Source: Amoebophrya sp. A120 (taxonomy: Eukaryota; Protista; Dinoflagellata). Taken from it: a stretch of DNA of 64,000 bases. Positions 62,135 through 64,000 of this stretch are shown in pieces (the first letter of the stretch is position 1; each line of letters starts with the position of its first letter). Below the pieces are notes generated by a model that saw nothing but the letters and a program-made list of their open reading frames with translations, made no database searches and was not told the origin of the DNA. A program made the position numbers and the translations under genes. The stretch lies in contig CAJINV010000003.1 in assembly GCA_905178155.1 (NCBI GenBank), forward strand, positions 4,809,863 through 4,873,862, read 5' to 3'.

Positions 62135-63246
62135 ACCAGCGGCGGCTTCTTCTGCAAAGCGGTGCAGATGCAAATGGAAATCTCTACAATGACTAGCGAA
62201 AGGTGAGAAAACCCATTATTTAATAGTATTCCGCAATAGAAACAAAGAATAGAAACGAAAAACAAAAACAAAGAATGGAAACGAAAAACGACAACAAACA
62301 ATGGAAACGAAAAACGAAAACAAAGAATAGAAACGAAAAACGAAAACAACGAAACAAATGCTGACAAAGTGCCCAGGCTTCTAAGCGGCGAAGCCTCGAA
62401 ACGAAGGGGCGTCGAAGCGCCGAAGCAGCGAAGCGCCGAAGCAGCGAAGCCTTGAAGCAGCGAGGCCTCGAACGAAGCAGCGAAGCCTCAAAGCAGCGAA
62501 GCCTCGAAGCAGCGAAGCAAGCCTCGAAGCAGCGAAGCAAGCCTCGAAGCAGCGAAGCAAGCCTCGAAGCAGCGAAGCAAGCCTCGAAGCAGCGAAGCCT
62601 CGAAGCAGCGAAGCCTCGAAGCACGCAGCGAAGCCTCGAAGCATGCAGCGAAGCCTCGAAGCAGCGAAGCCTCGAAGCAGCGCCTGAGGCCTCGAAGCAG
62701 CGCCTGAGGCCTCGAAGCAGCGCCTGAGGCCTCGAAGCAGCGCCTGAAGCCTCGAAGCAGCAGCGCCTGAAGCCTCGAAGCACCGTCTGAAGCCTCGAAA
62801 CAACGTCTAAAGCCCCGAGGCAGCACCGTGCGAGGCCCCGGGGCAGCAGCGTGCGAGGCCTCGAAGCAGCAGCGCGCGAAGCCTCGAAGCAACAACGTAC
62901 GAAGCCACGAAGCAACAACGTACGAAGCACCGTGCGAAGCCCCGAAGCCGCGGGGCCTCGGAGCAGCGGAGCCTCGACGAAGCCGCGCCGGTGCCGGACC
63001 ATGCCCAAGCCGAGCCGGTGCCAGCCGGACCATGGCCGAGCAAGGCGAGCTGGTGCCGGGCCATGGGCAGACCGAGCCGGTGCATTCCGGACCATGGGTG
63101 GCCAGACCGGGCCGGTGCGTGTCGGACCCCGGCAAGGCCGAGCCGGTGCCGGACCATGGCAGAGCCAAGCCGGTGCCGGACTATGCATGGCCAAGCCGAA
63201 CCAGCGGCGGCTTCTTCTGCAAAGCGGTGCAGATGCAAATGGAAAT
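62135..63246. repeat. Compound satellite (AAACGAAAAAC-type, GAAGCCTC/GAAGCAGC-type, CCGAGCCGGTGCCGGACCATGG-type) bracketed by a 47-bp direct repeat
   Basis: Arrays at ~62240-62357, ~62381-62985 and ~62985-63200; identical ACCAGCGGCGGCTTCTTCTGCAAAGCGGTGCAGATGCAAATGGAAAT at 62135-62181 and 63200-63246. Confidence 0.85.
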
Positions 63247-63665
63247 TTTTTCTATGAGAGGACCATGACTTGTCTAGACGTGAACCACACAGCACCGCAC
63301 AAGCTGCATGTAGCTCCCTGGCCTTGACACACTTGCAGTGGATACTAATGCGCGCACATAGGCGGACTGTTCCAAAGTCCGAGTCCATCGGGAGTGCAAC
63401 GCAAGGGTATGAAATTGAAAGCCTCAGGGTGATAAAAATGTTCCGAGTGGGAATCAGCTTCAGCACATTGGCAGCACGGCTGCGGGGTGGCATTCCAGAA
63501 CTTTGGAGCCTTGCTTTATGTCAAGTACGGTACAAACAGGGTCAGTACCAAAACCAATGCTGCGAGCCTAGAAAATGACCACACCCACTCCATACTCTCG
63601 ATCTAGTCTGATCATGCCACCTACTGCGCAATTATGCAAACCTTGGTTTGATAGCGAGCGTCGTG

Positions 63666-64000
63666 CTAATCCTCTTCATCTTGGTTGAGGATTTTCGTTT
63701 TGAGGCCTTCATAAATGCGTGATCGAACGTGGTAGGGCGGATTCCAACCGGTGGTTACTATTTCCCTGGAGGAAGCATCAAGAGCCCACTGCTGTACGTC
63801 TTCGTGGGTCTCGCTAATTTTCGTAGCCGCCTTGCGTAACTCCTGGTCAAGCGGCACTCTCCTCGTAACGTTTTTCCATGCAGGAAGGTACTGAAACTGT
63901 TCGTCTTCGTCCACCCGCCTAGTCTCTATCTCTAAAAATTCCTGTCCAACCGCGTGTCGCTCAGACAGCCAAGTTTCCAAATCGCCCAAGTAGCGTCTAG
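63666..64000 (-). CDS. 3' end of a hypothetical protein truncated by the window edge
   Basis: Open frame from near the window end to a stop at 63666; protein-like composition. Confidence 0.5.
   Translation of the reverse strand, partial: RRYLGDLETWLSERHAVGQEFLEIETRRVDEDEQFQYLPAWKNVTRRVPLDQELRKAATKISETHEDVQQWALDASSREIVTTGWNPPYHVRSRIYEGLKTKILNQDEED

Noticed and set aside
62381-63200. CRISPR-like appearance of the repeats
   Set aside because: No unique spacers, no cas genes, eukaryotic context
62220-63493. Long overlapping ORFs on both strands
   Set aside because: They are translations of stop-free satellite repeats
1-64000. Autonomous transposase, tRNA/rRNA genes or dinoflagellate spliced-leader relics
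   Set aside because: None recognised by eye; a profile search would be needed to exclude them

Overview
Eukaryotic, intron-containing DNA from a compact alveolate genome. It most resembles the parasitic dinoflagellate relative Amoebophrya (Syndiniales); this is an inference from gene co-orientation, gene content and intron type. All credible genes lie on the minus strand: an SDR oxidoreductase, an ABHD18-like hydrolase, a ~1950-aa AN1 zinc-finger protein, FRA10AC1, a CCCH/hnRNP-Q-AcD-like protein, a GT13 GlcNAc-transferase, a Cys-rich surface protein, an EF-hand/PKD2-like channel, a trichocyst-matrix-like coiled-coil protein and divergent kinase/NDK-like genes. The main signal is a set of 10 small (128-325 bp) elements, in 6 families, inserted inside coding exons. 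Each has terminal inverted repeats (TIRs) starting TAT-N5-G (one end is TAA) and a 5-bp target-site duplication (TSD). Removing the element plus one TSD copy restores the reading frame every time, and no frame-restoring register gives GT-AG ends, so they appear to act as non-canonical introner introns alongside ordinary GT-AG introns. Copies of one family occur in both orientations relative to the transcript, five families share a roughly helically spaced internal TGTSWTGC motif, six elements sit in tight pairs around 38-68 nt micro-exons, and one appears to be decaying towards a spliceosomal intron. Two GC-rich/A-tract blocks and a compound satellite flank the kinase/NDK region. All exon models were read by eye and need RNA-seq confirmation.
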